NCBI GenBank assembly: GCA_028695025.1
Contig: JAQVJV010000003.1
Span: forward strand, 637-64,636
Length of the DNA stretch: 64,000 nt
Reading direction: 5' to 3'
DNA from: Candidatus Moraniibacteriota bacterium
Lineage (GTDB): Bacteria > Patescibacteriota > Minisyncoccia > Moranbacterales > UBA11712
Of this stretch, positions 19,299-29,447 are shown in pieces; position 1 is the stretch's first letter, and each line of letters opens with the position of its first letter. The translations under genes and the position numbers were made by a program. The notes beneath the pieces were generated by a model. That model was not told the DNA's origin and searched no databases. It saw only the letters and a program-made list of their open reading frames with translations.

Positions 19299-22200
19299 TT
19301 ACTTCTCCTCCACGATAAACCAACTGAATTTGATGTCTTGTGCAATAGCTTCCAAAACGTTTACTGAAAATTCTCCCGTGAGCCTCCCTGTTTCCGCATC
19401 GCGGATTTTTTCGATCCAATAGCGGCTCCCGGGATCGCCCTCGAAGCTCACGAAGATTTTGGCTGTTTCCGTCACCGCCGCAGTCTCCACACGCGCGCTT
19501 TTTCCGTCTACTTTCGTGATATCATCCCAACCGTCATTGTCATCATCTTTTTTTACTGAAAGAACAGTTCCGTCTCCCACTGTTGGCGCGTCCTCGTCGT
19601 TTTTCACCGAATAGGCTCCCGCCACCGTTTCATCCGCTTTCACTTTTTCAGCCTGGACAACTTTGGCTTCGAACAATCCGGCGAGCTTCACGTTTCCGTC
19701 TTCGTCGGTTGTCACGATATTCTCCGGAATCTCCCCGCCTGCCGTGACAGTCATTGTCGCCAATTTGTCCTCAAGATCCTTGATACGATCTTCGTGGTCA
19801 AACACCCGCGCGGTGAGTGTTTTTTCCGTTTCGATCATGGCGCCCAAAGTATCGTTCACCGATGTTTCAAAAGCGAGCAGATTATTTTCGCTTTCAGTGA
19901 GCCTTGTTTCAGCATCGGCAAGTTGAGATTGGAGAGTTGAAATTTGCAACTGCTGGTCGCTGATCGCCGTACCGACTATATTCAATTTATCATTCACCGC
20001 CGTCTGCAGTTCCGCTACGCTGGTTGACTGGCTTTCAATTTGCAACTGCTGGTCGCTGATCGTTGATCCTTGTTCGTTGATCATCGCCTGCTGTTCCTGT
20101 ATCGCCTTTGTGAGCATCGGCGTGAACATGGCATAGCTCAAACCTTTGTATCCGCTAGCGTTGGTGGAAACAAGTTCCGGTGAAATTTTTTCCACGTCCT
20201 GCGCGATGAACCCGGCATGGAGAGGGTCGGAACTATCCTCGCTCTTCATGTGGAAAGTCACCGGATCAAGCGCCATCACCTTGTCGAGCGCGGAATCCAT
20301 GGACTCGATATCTTTTTTCATCCGTACGTCGGAAGTGCTTCCCCAAGTTCCGTCAGAAGTGACGACATAACCCGTCGCTGTTCCGGTATATACTTCGAGT
20401 TTGTAGCCCGGGGCAGTCGTCCCGATGCCGACATTGCCAGCGAAATAGTTTTTATTTGAAGAAGAATATTGATAAACGCCCCAAGTGTTTGTGCCTCCGA
20501 TTGAATCAATATACAGTCCATAGCTATTTGTCACGGTGCCTGTGGCAGAAACACGCGCATATAAAGCTCGCGCATCAGAGATTGTCCCTCCTGATCCTTG
20601 CTGTTCAATATTTCCCACTACTCCATAAGCATTATTTACCGTTCCTGATGTATGAGTTCCGATTACGTAACCTCTTACTCCGGTTATTGAAGTAGCGGTA
20701 TATCCTGCCGGGTTCGTAACAACACCATCAAGTGCCCATAAATTTAGGGCATGTCCATTTTGATTTGAATAATTTGTAGCATTAGCCCTAAATGAAACTG
20801 CGTAATGATCGCCTGTCAACGTTCCTGAAGTTTTAAGGTCGCTGACGGTCAGAAATCGGCTTGCGCTTGAAATATCCACACTATTATCATTTACATACAG
20901 TTTTGCCCCCGGAGTCGTCGTCCCTATCCCCACATTCCCGGAAGTTGCCTGTATCATTGCTCCAAGTGCTGCCGAATTGCTAACGCGAAAATAAATGTCT
21001 GAGGCTGATCTCAACGTCACATCGTCTGATGCCCCCCCTGTAGTTCCGATAAGATCAGAAGATCCAATTAATCCTGAATTTGTTTCCCCGCTGTTCAATA
21101 GTAAATAGGAGTCAAATCGGCTTGTGCCGTTGACATGAAGAAGTCTTTGCGGATTCGTCGTCCCTATCCCCACATTCCCCTGCAATATGGTCTTCGTGAT
21201 CGAGGTGTTTCCGAGGGTTACGGAGTTGCTTCCCGCCCCGATGGCGGAAGCTCCGATGACGATTTCATTCGTGTCCCCGTCGGCGAGGGCTCTCGTGTCA
21301 TATCCGAGATAGAGAGAACTGTAGGAAGTCTGGTTGTTTCCCCCGCCGGAGATGTATCTTCCGGAATAATATCCCAGGGCGGTGTTATTGTATCCGGTGG
21401 TGTTGGAGTAGAGGGAATTCACTCCCAGGGCGGTGTTATTGTATCCGGTGGTGTTGTATTGGAGGGAATTCACTCCCAGGGCGGTGTTATAGTATCCGGT
21501 GGTGTTGGAGTAGAGGGAATTTACTCCCAGAGCAACATTTTGGTATCCGGTGGTGTTGGAGTAGAGGGAACTTGTTCCCAGAGAGGTGTTCGAGTATCCA
21601 GTGGTGTTGGAGTAGAGGGATTGATATCCCAGGGCGGTGTTATTGTATCCGGTGGTGTTGGAGTAGAGGGAATTCACTCCCAGGGCGGTGTTATTGTATC
21701 CGGTGGTGTTGCAGTAGAGGGAATATGTTCCCAGAGCGGTATTAGAGTATCCGGTGGTGTTGCAGTAGAGGGATTGATATCCCAGGGCGGTGTTATTGTA
21801 TCCGGTGGTGTTGTATCTTCCGCCGTATCTTCCGATGAAAGTGTTTGCTAAACTGGCCGTTGACGAGCGGATTTCCAGGGCGGAAGTCCCCGTGCTGTCG
21901 TTCAAGACGTAGGTCGGGCTGTATGTTCCGGTGATCCTTTTTATGGAAATGACAATGGTCCCGTTGAAGTCGGAGGTCGGGGTGATGGAAAGGGTTCCGG
22001 TTCCGGTGGCTTTCGGCCCCCATGTCCCGGTGGAATACAAACCGCCCTTGCTTTCCGAACCGAAAGAGATGGTGAATGTTCCAGCCGTCCTTCCGGTGAC
22101 GGTATAGGATATTTGGTAGAGATAATTTGTGGTGGGAACAACGGTGGTATCGGTGAGGGCGTCCGTGTATCCTGTCGTATGGGTGAATCCGCTGGCGAAG

Positions 22201-25200
22201 TCTCCCGTCCAGTTAGTGGTTCCCCAAGTGTCTCCCGCGGAAAGGAGTTCCGAAGAAAGAGGGGCGGATTCATAGGAAGAGGTGGACTGCATGGTGAGGA
22301 GAGCGGTCGGGCTTGTGGTGCCGATGCCGACGTTCGTTCCATTGTTGAAAAGGTTTCCGGTGGGTGTCCATTGGGTGGTGGAATTGTTCCAATAGAGGGT
22401 TTGTCCTGTATAGGTTCCGGCTTGGGTGATGGCGACAGAGGTTCCTCCGATTGAGAGGTTGGTGGCGTTGATGGTTCCGTTGACGTTCAGGCGATATGTT
22501 CCGATTGCGGTGGTTCCGATTCCCACGTTGGTTCCGTTGTCATATATCGATCCGGTGGAAAGGGTATTGGTTCCGTTCCATCGGGCGACATAGTTTGCAA
22601 GTCCCGTTCCCACGACGGCGGTTCCCGAGGTTCCGACCGAGAGGGTGTTTGATCCTAGGGTAAGGGTTCCGGTGCCTGTTGTGATTGTGTTTCCGTTGTA
22701 GGTTCCTCCCGTCACGTTGCCGGAGGAGGAAACGGTGAAGACATCGGCACCGATCACAAATTTGGAAGTTGGATTCGTCGTTCCTATCCCCACATTCCCC
22801 GAGGAATTCACGGTAACCACCGGAGCTCCGCCAGTGGCTCCCACTCCCAGATTGAAGCGACTGTTAGTCGCGTCGTAGCTCATCCAGGTTTCAGCGGCGG
22901 CGGAGGCGCCGAGGTGAATAGTGTCGCCCCCGAGCCATAGGTTAGCAAAGCGGTAGGAGTTCGATCCGAGATCATAGGTATCATTGGTCATCGGCGTGAT
23001 CGTTTGCGATTGTGCAGAATCGTTGAGAATGACGTAGCCGGAATTTGCCGCAGAGAGATAAAGATTTAAGTTCTCACTCGCCGACTCCGTCTGGATATAT
23101 CCCGGACCGTTGAATTTGATGTATCCAGCGGTGGTGTTAGTCATGTAGAAATCATAGGCCATGGAAACATCTCCCATCGAATTGAAGGTGGTCGGGACGT
23201 TGAAGATGGCTTGAGATGAGCTCACGGTGAGAAGATCAGTGCCGGCGTAGTTCAAGGTGAGAAGATTTCCGGTTCCGTCGCTTCGGACATAGAGGCCGGC
23301 GGCGGCCGCGTTGGTGGAGGAGTTGTAGAAATATCCGATGTAGTCGGAAACTGATCCGCGGGTGTCGAAAATATGGGTCGGGTTGGTGTTTCCTATTCCA
23401 ACATTTCCTCCGCGGGTGACGTTGAGAACTGCCGCGGTATCACCGCGAACTTCAAAAAGTGAGGATGGGCTGGTGGTGCCGATTCCCACATTTCCGGTTG
23501 TCGCCGAGACAAAGAACGGTGTCGTGGCTCCGATCCCGACTTGGAAAAGTCCGGTCGGGCTCGTCGTCCCGATCCCCACGTTCGTTCCATTGTTGAAAAG
23601 GTTTCCCGTGGGTGTCCATTGGGTGGTGGAATTGTTCCAATAGAGGGTTTGTCCGGTATAGGTTCCCGCGGTGGTGAGGGCGAGGGCGGTTCCGTTCATA
23701 TAATAGGAAGCGGCGTTGAGGGAACCGTTGACGTTCAGTTTGTAGGTTCCGACTGATGTGGTGCCGATTCCCACATTCGTCCCGTTGTCATATATCGATC
23801 CGATGGAGAGGGTGTTCGCGTCTGTCCATCTGGCGAGATAGTTTTGGGTTCCGGTTCCAAGAGCCGCGGTTCCTGTTGCGGGAATTGTGAGGGTGTAGGA
23901 CCCCGTGTTAATCGTTCCCGATCCGGAGAGAGTGACGCCGTTGTAGGTCGTGGCATACATTCCCCCGTTCACTTCGAGTTTGTAGTTGGGGTTGGTGGTG
24001 CCGATGCCGACATTGCCTCTAAAATAACTGTTTATTCCGCCGTAGTCCATTCCAATTCTTGCAACTTCTGTATTGGAGCTACCACCAGTAAACTGTAGAC
24101 CGTGGAAGGAACGAAAAATTGCGTTACTTCCATAGGTAGTTTCAATTTTATTATACGAATCCCCTCCATATTGGAAATTCACTGTGTGACCAGAAGTTAA
24201 GCCGCTTATCCCCCAAATCCTGCCATTTGCTGACTGAACAAGTAAATCCCCATTGACAAAAAGTTTGGCACTTGGCGAAGCGCTACCGATTCCTACATTT
24301 GTTCCGTTGTCATATATAACACCGGAAGAAATGGTGTTGGTTCCGGTCCAGCGAGTGACATAGTTTGCAAGTCCCGTTCCCACGGCGGCGGTTCCCGAGG
24401 TTCCGACCGAGAGGGTGTTTGATCCCAGGGTGAGGGTTCCGGTGCCTGTTGTGATTGTGTTTCCGTTGTAGGTTCCTCCCGTCACATTGCCGGAGGAGTT
24501 CACCTGGAATTGGGAAGTGGCACCCACGGAGAGGAGAGCGAGAGGGTTTGTTGTCCCAATTCCGACACTTCCACCGCTTAATATTGTAAGTCTCTCAGAA
24601 ACTCCGCTTTCGACTATATTAAAACTATTATTAGAATCATATCTGTTCATATGCCATTCATTGGCTCCGTTGTCCTTAAATACCAAGCCTTGGTCAGCAA
24701 CACTGTCTATTGCGATATTCCCGTCATATACATGTAATCTTTCACTAGGACTAGATGTCCCGATTCCAACATTGCCGGAAGCAACATTTACTGACAACCA
24801 TTCAATCGGATCGGGTGTGGCTGCAGCATTATAGATAGCGACATTACCCGTACTATCGAGATAACCAACAGCTCCCTTATCTGTTCCGTTTGTTTTGAAA
24901 CGTAATGTGCTTTCACCTCCCGTGCCAGTCGTGTCAATAGTCACATAGGTTGAAGCATTAGTCGCTTTGAATCTTGCGACTCCAATGCCAGTAATATGAA
25001 CTCCGAAAACATCGAGTTTTGTATTCGGACTCGTCGTCCCGATCCCCACGTTGGTTCCGTTGAAGTAGAAGTTGTCGCTTCCGGTGATGATGCCTTGGCC
25101 GGAGAAGTATGATACCTGGTATTGGCTCCCCGTTCCTCCGGCGACATAGTCAGTGCCGGCTGTGGCGGTGGAAAGGGCTCCGGTGCCGGTGGTGACTTTC

Positions 25201-28200
25201 AAGAGTCCCGTGGAAAGGGCGGAACTGACATAGGCTTGGGCGGTGTCGGCGCTCACCGTGGAACCGGAGATGGTGAGGGCAGTGAAGTTTCCGGTTCCGT
25301 TCACGTTCAGCTTGTAGGTTCCGACCGAAGTGGTGCCGATTCCCACGTTGGTTCCGTTGTCATAGATGACAGAACTTGAGATAGCACTGGTTCCATTTCC
25401 TTTGAGGAGATAATTGGAAGAGAAGGTTCCGGCTCCCGTGCCTCCCTGGGAAACATTGAGGTATTGCTGGGAAGTTATGGAGTTGGTTCCGTTCCAGACA
25501 GCTACATAGCCGTTGGTTCCGGTTCCAGTGACAGGATTGGTAAGAGCCGTTTGGAAGTATGAGGCATCGTGTCCTTGGAGATAGTTAGCGTTTAAATTGG
25601 TTATCTCGGTGGAATTGAGGACGGTGAAAGGGGCTCCGGAGTTGTAGTTGAAGGATAGCTGGTTTGTTGTTGATGCCCCTCTTCCGGTGACTGTTGCCAG
25701 GGTGTCAGCTTCTGTTGCGGTAATGGTAAGAGTATCCCCGGAGATTGCCGTTGTGGCTATTCCTCCACCATTGATGGTGAGAGTGTCGGTGGTTGAATTG
25801 GCAGTGGTGTTTCCAGATTGGGAGTTGATGGTGGCCCAGAGGTTTTGGTCTCCGGTGTTGGCGCCGGAGGAACTGCCGGTAAAGTTGGCGGCGGTGATGT
25901 TTCCGGTGAACTCTCCATTTCCTCCCACAGTGAGATTAGAGATGATGTTCGCGCTCCCTCCGATTCTCACATTTCCGGCGACATCAAGTTTCTGGCTCGG
26001 ATTCGTCGTCCCTATCCCCACATTCGTCCCATCATTGAAGAGATTGGCGTTGGCTGTCCAAGCCGATCCGTTCCAATAGAGGGTTTGGCCGGTGATTGAT
26101 CCGTTGGCAGGAAGTCCGGTGGCCAGGGTTCCTGCGGTATATAGACCGTTGGTAAAAGTAAGTCCTCCTGTTGTTTGGGAAGCTCCCGCTGTTCCTCCGG
26201 CATAGTATCCGGTAGCGTTCAAGCTTCCGTTCACGTTTACTCGGTAGGTTCCCACTCCGGTCGTCCCGATCCCCACGTTGGTTCCGTTGAAGTAGAAGTT
26301 GTCGCTTCCGGTGATGATGCCTTGGCCGGAGAAGTATGATACCTGGTATTGGCTCCCCGTTCCTCCGGCGACATAGTCAGTGCCGGCTGTGGCGGTGGAA
26401 AGGGCTCCGGTGCCGGTGGTGACTTTCAAGAGTCCCGTGGAAAGGGCGGAACTGACATAGGCTTGGGCGGTGTCGGCGCTCACCGTGGAACCGGAGATGG
26501 TGAGGGCAGTGAAGTTTCCGGTTCCGTTCACGTTCAGCTTGTAGGTTCCGACCGAAGTGGTGCCGATTCCCACGTTGGTTCCGTTGTCATAGATGACAGA
26601 ACTTGAGATAGCACTGGTTCCATTTCCTTTGAGGAGATAATTGGAAGAGAAGGTTCCGGCTCCCGTGCCTCCCTGGGAAACATTGAGGTATTGCTGGGAA
26701 GTTATGGAGTTGGTTCCGTTCCAGACAGCTACATAGCCGTTGGTTCCGGTTCCAGTGACAGGATTGGTAAGAGCCGTTTGGAAGTATGAGGCATCGTGTC
26801 CTTGGAGATAGTTAGCGTTTAAATTGGTTATCTCGGTGGAATTGAGGACGGTGAAAGGGGCTCCGGAGTTGTAGTTGAAGGATAGCTGGTTTGTTGTTGA
26901 TGCCCCTCTTCCGGTGACTGTTGCCAGGGTGTCAGCTTCTGTTGCGGTAATGGTAAGAGTATCCCCGGAGATTGCCGTTGTGGCTATTCCTCCACCATTG
27001 ATGGTGAGAGTGTCGGTGGTTGAATTGGCAGTGGTGTTTCCAGATTGGGAGTTGATGGTGGCCCAGAGGTTTTGGTCTCCGGTGTTGGCGCCGGAGATAC
27101 TCGCATTTCCCGCCAAAGTGAAGGTGTATGATCCCGAACCTGTCACAATCGTTCCGTTTCCGGAAAGGGTTACTCCGTTATACGTCGCGGCCGTCACCGC
27201 TCCCGCGTTTGTCACCTGGAACTGGTTGGCCGTCCCGACCGCGAGGCCATTGGTCCCGTCCGTCGGGAAAATAGCCCCCCCTGCTAGGCTCCAGATCGTT
27301 CCCGGCCCCCCGCTTGAGATGGCCGTATCCAGATCAGCCAGCACTTCCTGGACGTTCGCGGAGCTTGAGTTCGTGAACCCGCCAGTGAAGGCTCCGACCA
27401 TGTACGCGCCCGAATCGATGGCACTCGTCGCTTCCCCTAGCGACGTGGTTCCGCCGAAGATAAGATTATTCGATGAATTAATATTAATGTTACCGTTTGC
27501 GGTGATATCCGTGAAAGTAGGGCTTGCAACTGTATTGAGTGTGAGACTGATCCCTCCGCCAGCCGTACCGGTTCCTCCGCCGGTGAGATTTCCGGCCGTG
27601 TTCACGACAATCGGAGTAGAACCTTCCGCGACCGTGTTGTTGCTCGAGCCATAGACCGGAGAAATGGTGAGTGTGTTTAAATTGCGGGAAGTCGCGATTC
27701 CGTCGGCGCCCTCGAAGATCGCGCCTTTCTTGGTTTTGATCTGCACTCCGGCATCGGTGGCGGATGTCTGAAGTTTCCAGGAAACATAGTTATCATAATC
27801 CCCTGCCGCCTGATAGTTTCCCGCGGCTTGGAAATAGCTCGCCTTGTGCCCGCCCAAAAGTTCCGCGTTGAGATTCACGTTCAATATCCCGTTCGAAAGC
27901 GGTATGCTTCCGGCGGCGTTCCCGATCGTCTGGCCGGCAATGTTCATGGCCGTGCGTGCGAGCGGCACCGCGCCGATCCTTTTTCGGGGAATCATTTCCG
28001 CATCCTCTCCAACCCGGATGCCGACAAAATAGTTTTCGGCAGCGAAATTCAAATTGGGAAGCGGATTTGCTTCGCCGAGATAAACATCAAGAAGTCCGTT
28101 TTCGACCGCAACCTTTCGGGTTTCTTCCCAAATGCGCGTTCCGGCATCAGTGTCGGAAGGATACGGATCGCTTTCGGTCCGGTCAGCCGTATATATGGAA

Positions 28201-29447
28201 AAGCGGACATCGTATTCTCCGTTGGTGAGTTCCTTGTTCTGGCTGTCCATCAAGTAGGCGGATATTTCGATGTCACCCGGATGCGCTTCAAGGATTTGAT
28301 CGCCGGTTTCGGCCGCTAAGACCAAACCTTTATTGTTTTCCTGTCCACTGCCGCCGGAAGTTTCAGATAATTCATTCACAGCCTCAACTCCCGCGACTTG
28401 TCCCTTGTCCTCTTCATTACTGCCGGTAAGACGCAAACCTGACTTCTCTTCAAACTCTTGTACTTTCTGATGGCGGAACGCATCCTTCGCAAGTTCCGCG
28501 AACTTGTCGGCGCCTACTTTCAGCTGATCCACATTTTCTGCGACCTGGCTTCCCGCAAAACCAGCGACTTTGGAAAGCGCATCCACCCCGCGGTTATATG
28601 AAGCGTAAATTTTTTTCTCGCCCAGGTTTTCCCAATAGGCGAGATCCTTTGAAGTTATGTTACCGACTGCCATCAAAACGACCAGTAAGATGAAAGCCAA
28701 AGCCGGTTTCAAATTGTTGGATGAAAATTCCCGCAGGCTCGCCGACTCGATTTTTTTTCTCAAATCGAACTTCCTGATATTGATCTTATTGGGTTCCCCG
28801 ATCTTGGAAAGTTTAGAAAAACTTTTCTTGATCCCGGCCAGCGCTCCCGCGGACAACCGGCGCAACTCTTCCCAAACAATATCACCTTGAACTTCGCCCC
28901 GGTTTTCGGAAACGGTTTTTTCAATTTCAGCCGGTCCGGAAACAACGCTTCCTTTCTTTTCCGCCTCATCCGTTTTTGCGATTTTGGCGGCGGGCGCTTC
29001 CTTGGGAGAGTTGAGGGAAATGGAATCGCTTTTCAAGAATTCTCTCAACTCCGCTTTTCTTGCCTCGACTTCATCAACCGCGGCTTCCGGAATGGAAATT
29101 TCTTTTGCCGAAATTTTTTCTTCTTTCTTCTCCGCCGCACCTTCTTTTCCGCCGAGTTCTTTCGAAAGCCTTTCTTTGTATTTTTTCTTTTTTTCCTGGG
29201 ACGCTTTTGTGAACTCATTAAGCCATTCTTCGGTCGTATGCCATACGCCTTTTATTTTCTCCGCCTTGAGTTTCCCCTGCCGCGCGGAAAAGTTTATGTA
29301 GTTTTTCGAGTACGCTGAAGTCTTCGCGATTTCAGATAGCGGGATAAAATTCGTCTCTTGTCCGTCTTTTTCAGAAAGCAAAAAACGGCCCTTTTCGGAA
29401 GCGTTTTTGGAATTGATTTTCGGTTTTTTTGTTTCTGTCTTTTTCAT
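19299..29447 (-). CDS. Giant (3382 aa) fibre/adhesin: N-terminal HTH, TM, tail-fibre-like repeats, peptidase S74 chaperone, coiled coil
   Basis: IPLSEIAKTSAYSKNYINFSARQGKLKAEKIKGVWHTTEEWL (HTH_17/excisionase-like). TM ALAFILLVVLMAVGNI. About 19 NVGIG-type motifs. TSDVRMKKDI...LDPVTF...GFIAQDVEKISPELV...LSYAMFTPMLTKAIQE (S74/ICA). Confidence 0.9.
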   Translation of the reverse strand: MKKTETKKPKINSKNASEKGRFLLSEKDGQETNFIPLSEIAKTSAYSKNYINFSARQGKLKAEKIKGVWHTTEEWLNEFTKASQEKKKKYKERLSKELGGKEGAAEKKEEKISAKEISIPEAAVDEVEARKAELREFLKSDSISLNSPKEAPAAKIAKTDEAEKKGSVVSGPAEIEKTVSENRGEVQGDIVWEELRRLSAGALAGIKKSFSKLSKIGEPNKINIRKFDLRKKIESASLREFSSNNLKPALAFILLVVLMAVGNITSKDLAYWENLGEKKIYASYNRGVDALSKVAGFAGSQVAENVDQLKVGADKFAELAKDAFRHQKVQEFEEKSGLRLTGSNEEDKGQVAGVEAVNELSETSGGSGQENNKGLVLAAETGDQILEAHPGDIEISAYLMDSQNKELTNGEYDVRFSIYTADRTESDPYPSDTDAGTRIWEETRKVAVENGLLDVYLGEANPLPNLNFAAENYFVGIRVGEDAEMIPRKRIGAVPLARTAMNIAGQTIGNAAGSIPLSNGILNVNLNAELLGGHKASYFQAAGNYQAAGDYDNYVSWKLQTSATDAGVQIKTKKGAIFEGADGIATSRNLNTLTISPVYGSSNNTVAEGSTPIVVNTAGNLTGGGTGTAGGGISLTLNTVASPTFTDITANGNININSSNNLIFGGTTSLGEATSAIDSGAYMVGAFTGGFTNSSSANVQEVLADLDTAISSGGPGTIWSLAGGAIFPTDGTNGLAVGTANQFQVTNAGAVTAATYNGVTLSGNGTIVTGSGSYTFTLAGNASISGANTGDQNLWATINSQSGNTTANSTTDTLTINGGGIATTAISGDTLTITATEADTLATVTGRGASTTNQLSFNYNSGAPFTVLNSTEITNLNANYLQGHDASYFQTALTNPVTGTGTNGYVAVWNGTNSITSQQYLNVSQGGTGAGTFSSNYLLKGNGTSAISSSVIYDNGTNVGIGTTSVGTYKLNVNGTGNFTALTISGSTVSADTAQAYVSSALSTGLLKVTTGTGALSTATAGTDYVAGGTGSQYQVSYFSGQGIITGSDNFYFNGTNVGIGTTGVGTYRVNVNGSLNATGYYAGGTAGASQTTGGLTFTNGLYTAGTLATGLPANGSITGQTLYWNGSAWTANANLFNDGTNVGIGTTNPSQKLDVAGNVRIGGSANIISNLTVGGNGEFTGNITAANFTGSSSGANTGDQNLWATINSQSGNTTANSTTDTLTINGGGIATTAISGDTLTITATEADTLATVTGRGASTTNQLSFNYNSGAPFTVLNSTEITNLNANYLQGHDASYFQTALTNPVTGTGTNGYVAVWNGTNSITSQQYLNVSQGGTGAGTFSSNYLLKGNGTSAISSSVIYDNGTNVGIGTTSVGTYKLNVNGTGNFTALTISGSTVSADTAQAYVSSALSTGLLKVTTGTGALSTATAGTDYVAGGTGSQYQVSYFSGQGIITGSDNFYFNGTNVGIGTTSPNTKLDVFGVHITGIGVARFKATNASTYVTIDTTGTGGESTLRFKTNGTDKGAVGYLDSTGNVAIYNAAATPDPIEWLSVNVASGNVGIGTSSPSERLHVYDGNIAIDSVADQGLVFKDNGANEWHMNRYDSNNSFNIVESGVSERLTILSGGSVGIGTTNPLALLSVGATSQFQVNSSGNVTGGTYNGNTITTGTGTLTLGSNTLSVGTSGTAAVGTGLANYVTRWTGTNTISSGVIYDNGTNVGIGSASPSAKLFVNGDLLVQSANGRIWGISGLTSGHTVNFQYGGDSYNKIETTYGSNAIFRSFHGLQFTGGSSNTEVARIGMDYGGINSYFRGNVGIGTTNPNYKLEVNGGMYATTYNGVTLSGSGTINTGSYTLTIPATGTAALGTGTQNYLARWTDANTLSIGSIYDNGTNVGIGTTSVGTYKLNVNGSLNAASYYMNGTALALTTAGTYTGQTLYWNNSTTQWTPTGNLFNNGTNVGIGTTSPTGLFQVGIGATTPFFVSATTGNVGIGTTSPSSLFEVRGDTAAVLNVTRGGNVGIGNTNPTHIFDTRGSVSDYIGYFYNSSTNAAAAGLYVRSDGTGNLLTLNYAGTDLLTVSSSQAIFNVPTTFNSMGDVSMAYDFYMTNTTAGYIKFNGPGYIQTESASENLNLYLSAANSGYVILNDSAQSQTITPMTNDTYDLGSNSYRFANLWLGGDTIHLGASAAAETWMSYDATNSRFNLGVGATGGAPVVTVNSSGNVGIGTTNPTSKFVIGADVFTVSSSGNVTGGTYNGNTITTGTGTLTLGSNTLSVGTSGTAVVGTGLANYVARWNGTNTLSTGSIYDNGTNVGIGTTAIGTYRLNVNGTINATNLSIGGTSVAITQAGTYTGQTLYWNNSTTQWTPTGNLFNNGTNVGIGTTSPTALLTMQSTSSYESAPLSSELLSAGDTWGTTNWTGDFASGFTHTTGYTDALTDTTVVPTTNYLYQISYTVTGRTAGTFTISFGSESKGGLYSTGTWGPKATGTGTLSITPTSDFNGTIVISIKRITGTYSPTYVLNDSTGTSALEIRSSTASLANTFIGRYGGRYNTTGYNNTALGYQSLYCNTTGYSNTALGTYSLYCNTTGYNNTALGVNSLYSNTTGYNNTALGYQSLYSNTTGYSNTSLGTSSLYSNTTGYQNVALGVNSLYSNTTGYYNTALGVNSLQYNTTGYNNTALGVNSLYSNTTGYNNTALGYYSGRYISGGGNNQTSYSSLYLGYDTRALADGDTNEIVIGASAIGAGSNSVTLGNTSITKTILQGNVGIGTTNPQRLLHVNGTSRFDSYLLLNSGETNSGLIGSSDLIGTTGGASDDVTLRSASDIYFRVSNSAALGAMIQATSGNVGIGTTTPGAKLYVNDNSVDISSASRFLTVSDLKTSGTLTGDHYAVSFRANATNYSNQNGHALNLWALDGVVTNPAGYTATSITGVRGYVIGTHTSGTVNNAYGVVGNIEQQGSGGTISDARALYARVSATGTVTNSYGLYIDSIGGTNTWGVYQYSSSNKNYFAGNVGIGTTAPGYKLEVYTGTATGYVVTSDGTWGSTSDVRMKKDIESMDSALDKVMALDPVTFHMKSEDSSDPLHAGFIAQDVEKISPELVSTNASGYKGLSYAMFTPMLTKAIQEQQAMINEQGSTISDQQLQIESQSTSVAELQTAVNDKLNIVGTAISDQQLQISTLQSQLADAETRLTESENNLLAFETSVNDTLGAMIETEKTLTARVFDHEDRIKDLEDKLATMTVTAGGEIPENIVTTDEDGNVKLAGLFEAKVVQAEKVKADETVAGAYSVKNDEDAPTVGDGTVLSVKKDDDNDGWDDITKVDGKSARVETAAVTETAKIFVSFEGDPGSRYWIEKIRDAETGRLTGEFSVNVLEAIAQDIKFSWFIVEEK
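21372..21813. repeat. 51-bp (17-aa) coding tandem repeat, about 9 units
   Basis: NTTGYNNTALGxxSLYx units. TCCCAG recurs every 51 nt. Confidence 0.92.
25033..27096. repeat. 837-bp direct duplication within the giant CDS
   Basis: 25033..25869 recurs at 26260..27096 (offset 1227). The identical shadow ORFs 25122..25379 and 26349..26606 agree with this. Confidence 0.92.

Noticed and set aside
21372-21813. CRISPR array
   Set aside because: Contiguous 51-bp coding units with no unique spacers, and no cas genes in the window.
16840-27096. Diversity-generating retroelement TR/VR pairs
   Set aside because: The long duplications look identical and both copies are in frame. Mismatches in the tandem repeat are not adenine-specific. 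No reverse transcriptase is in the window. A remote DGR cannot be excluded.
19299-29447. Prophage tail gene
   Set aside because: No capsid, terminase, portal or integrase nearby. The protein has a TM anchor and sits among cellular surface genes.
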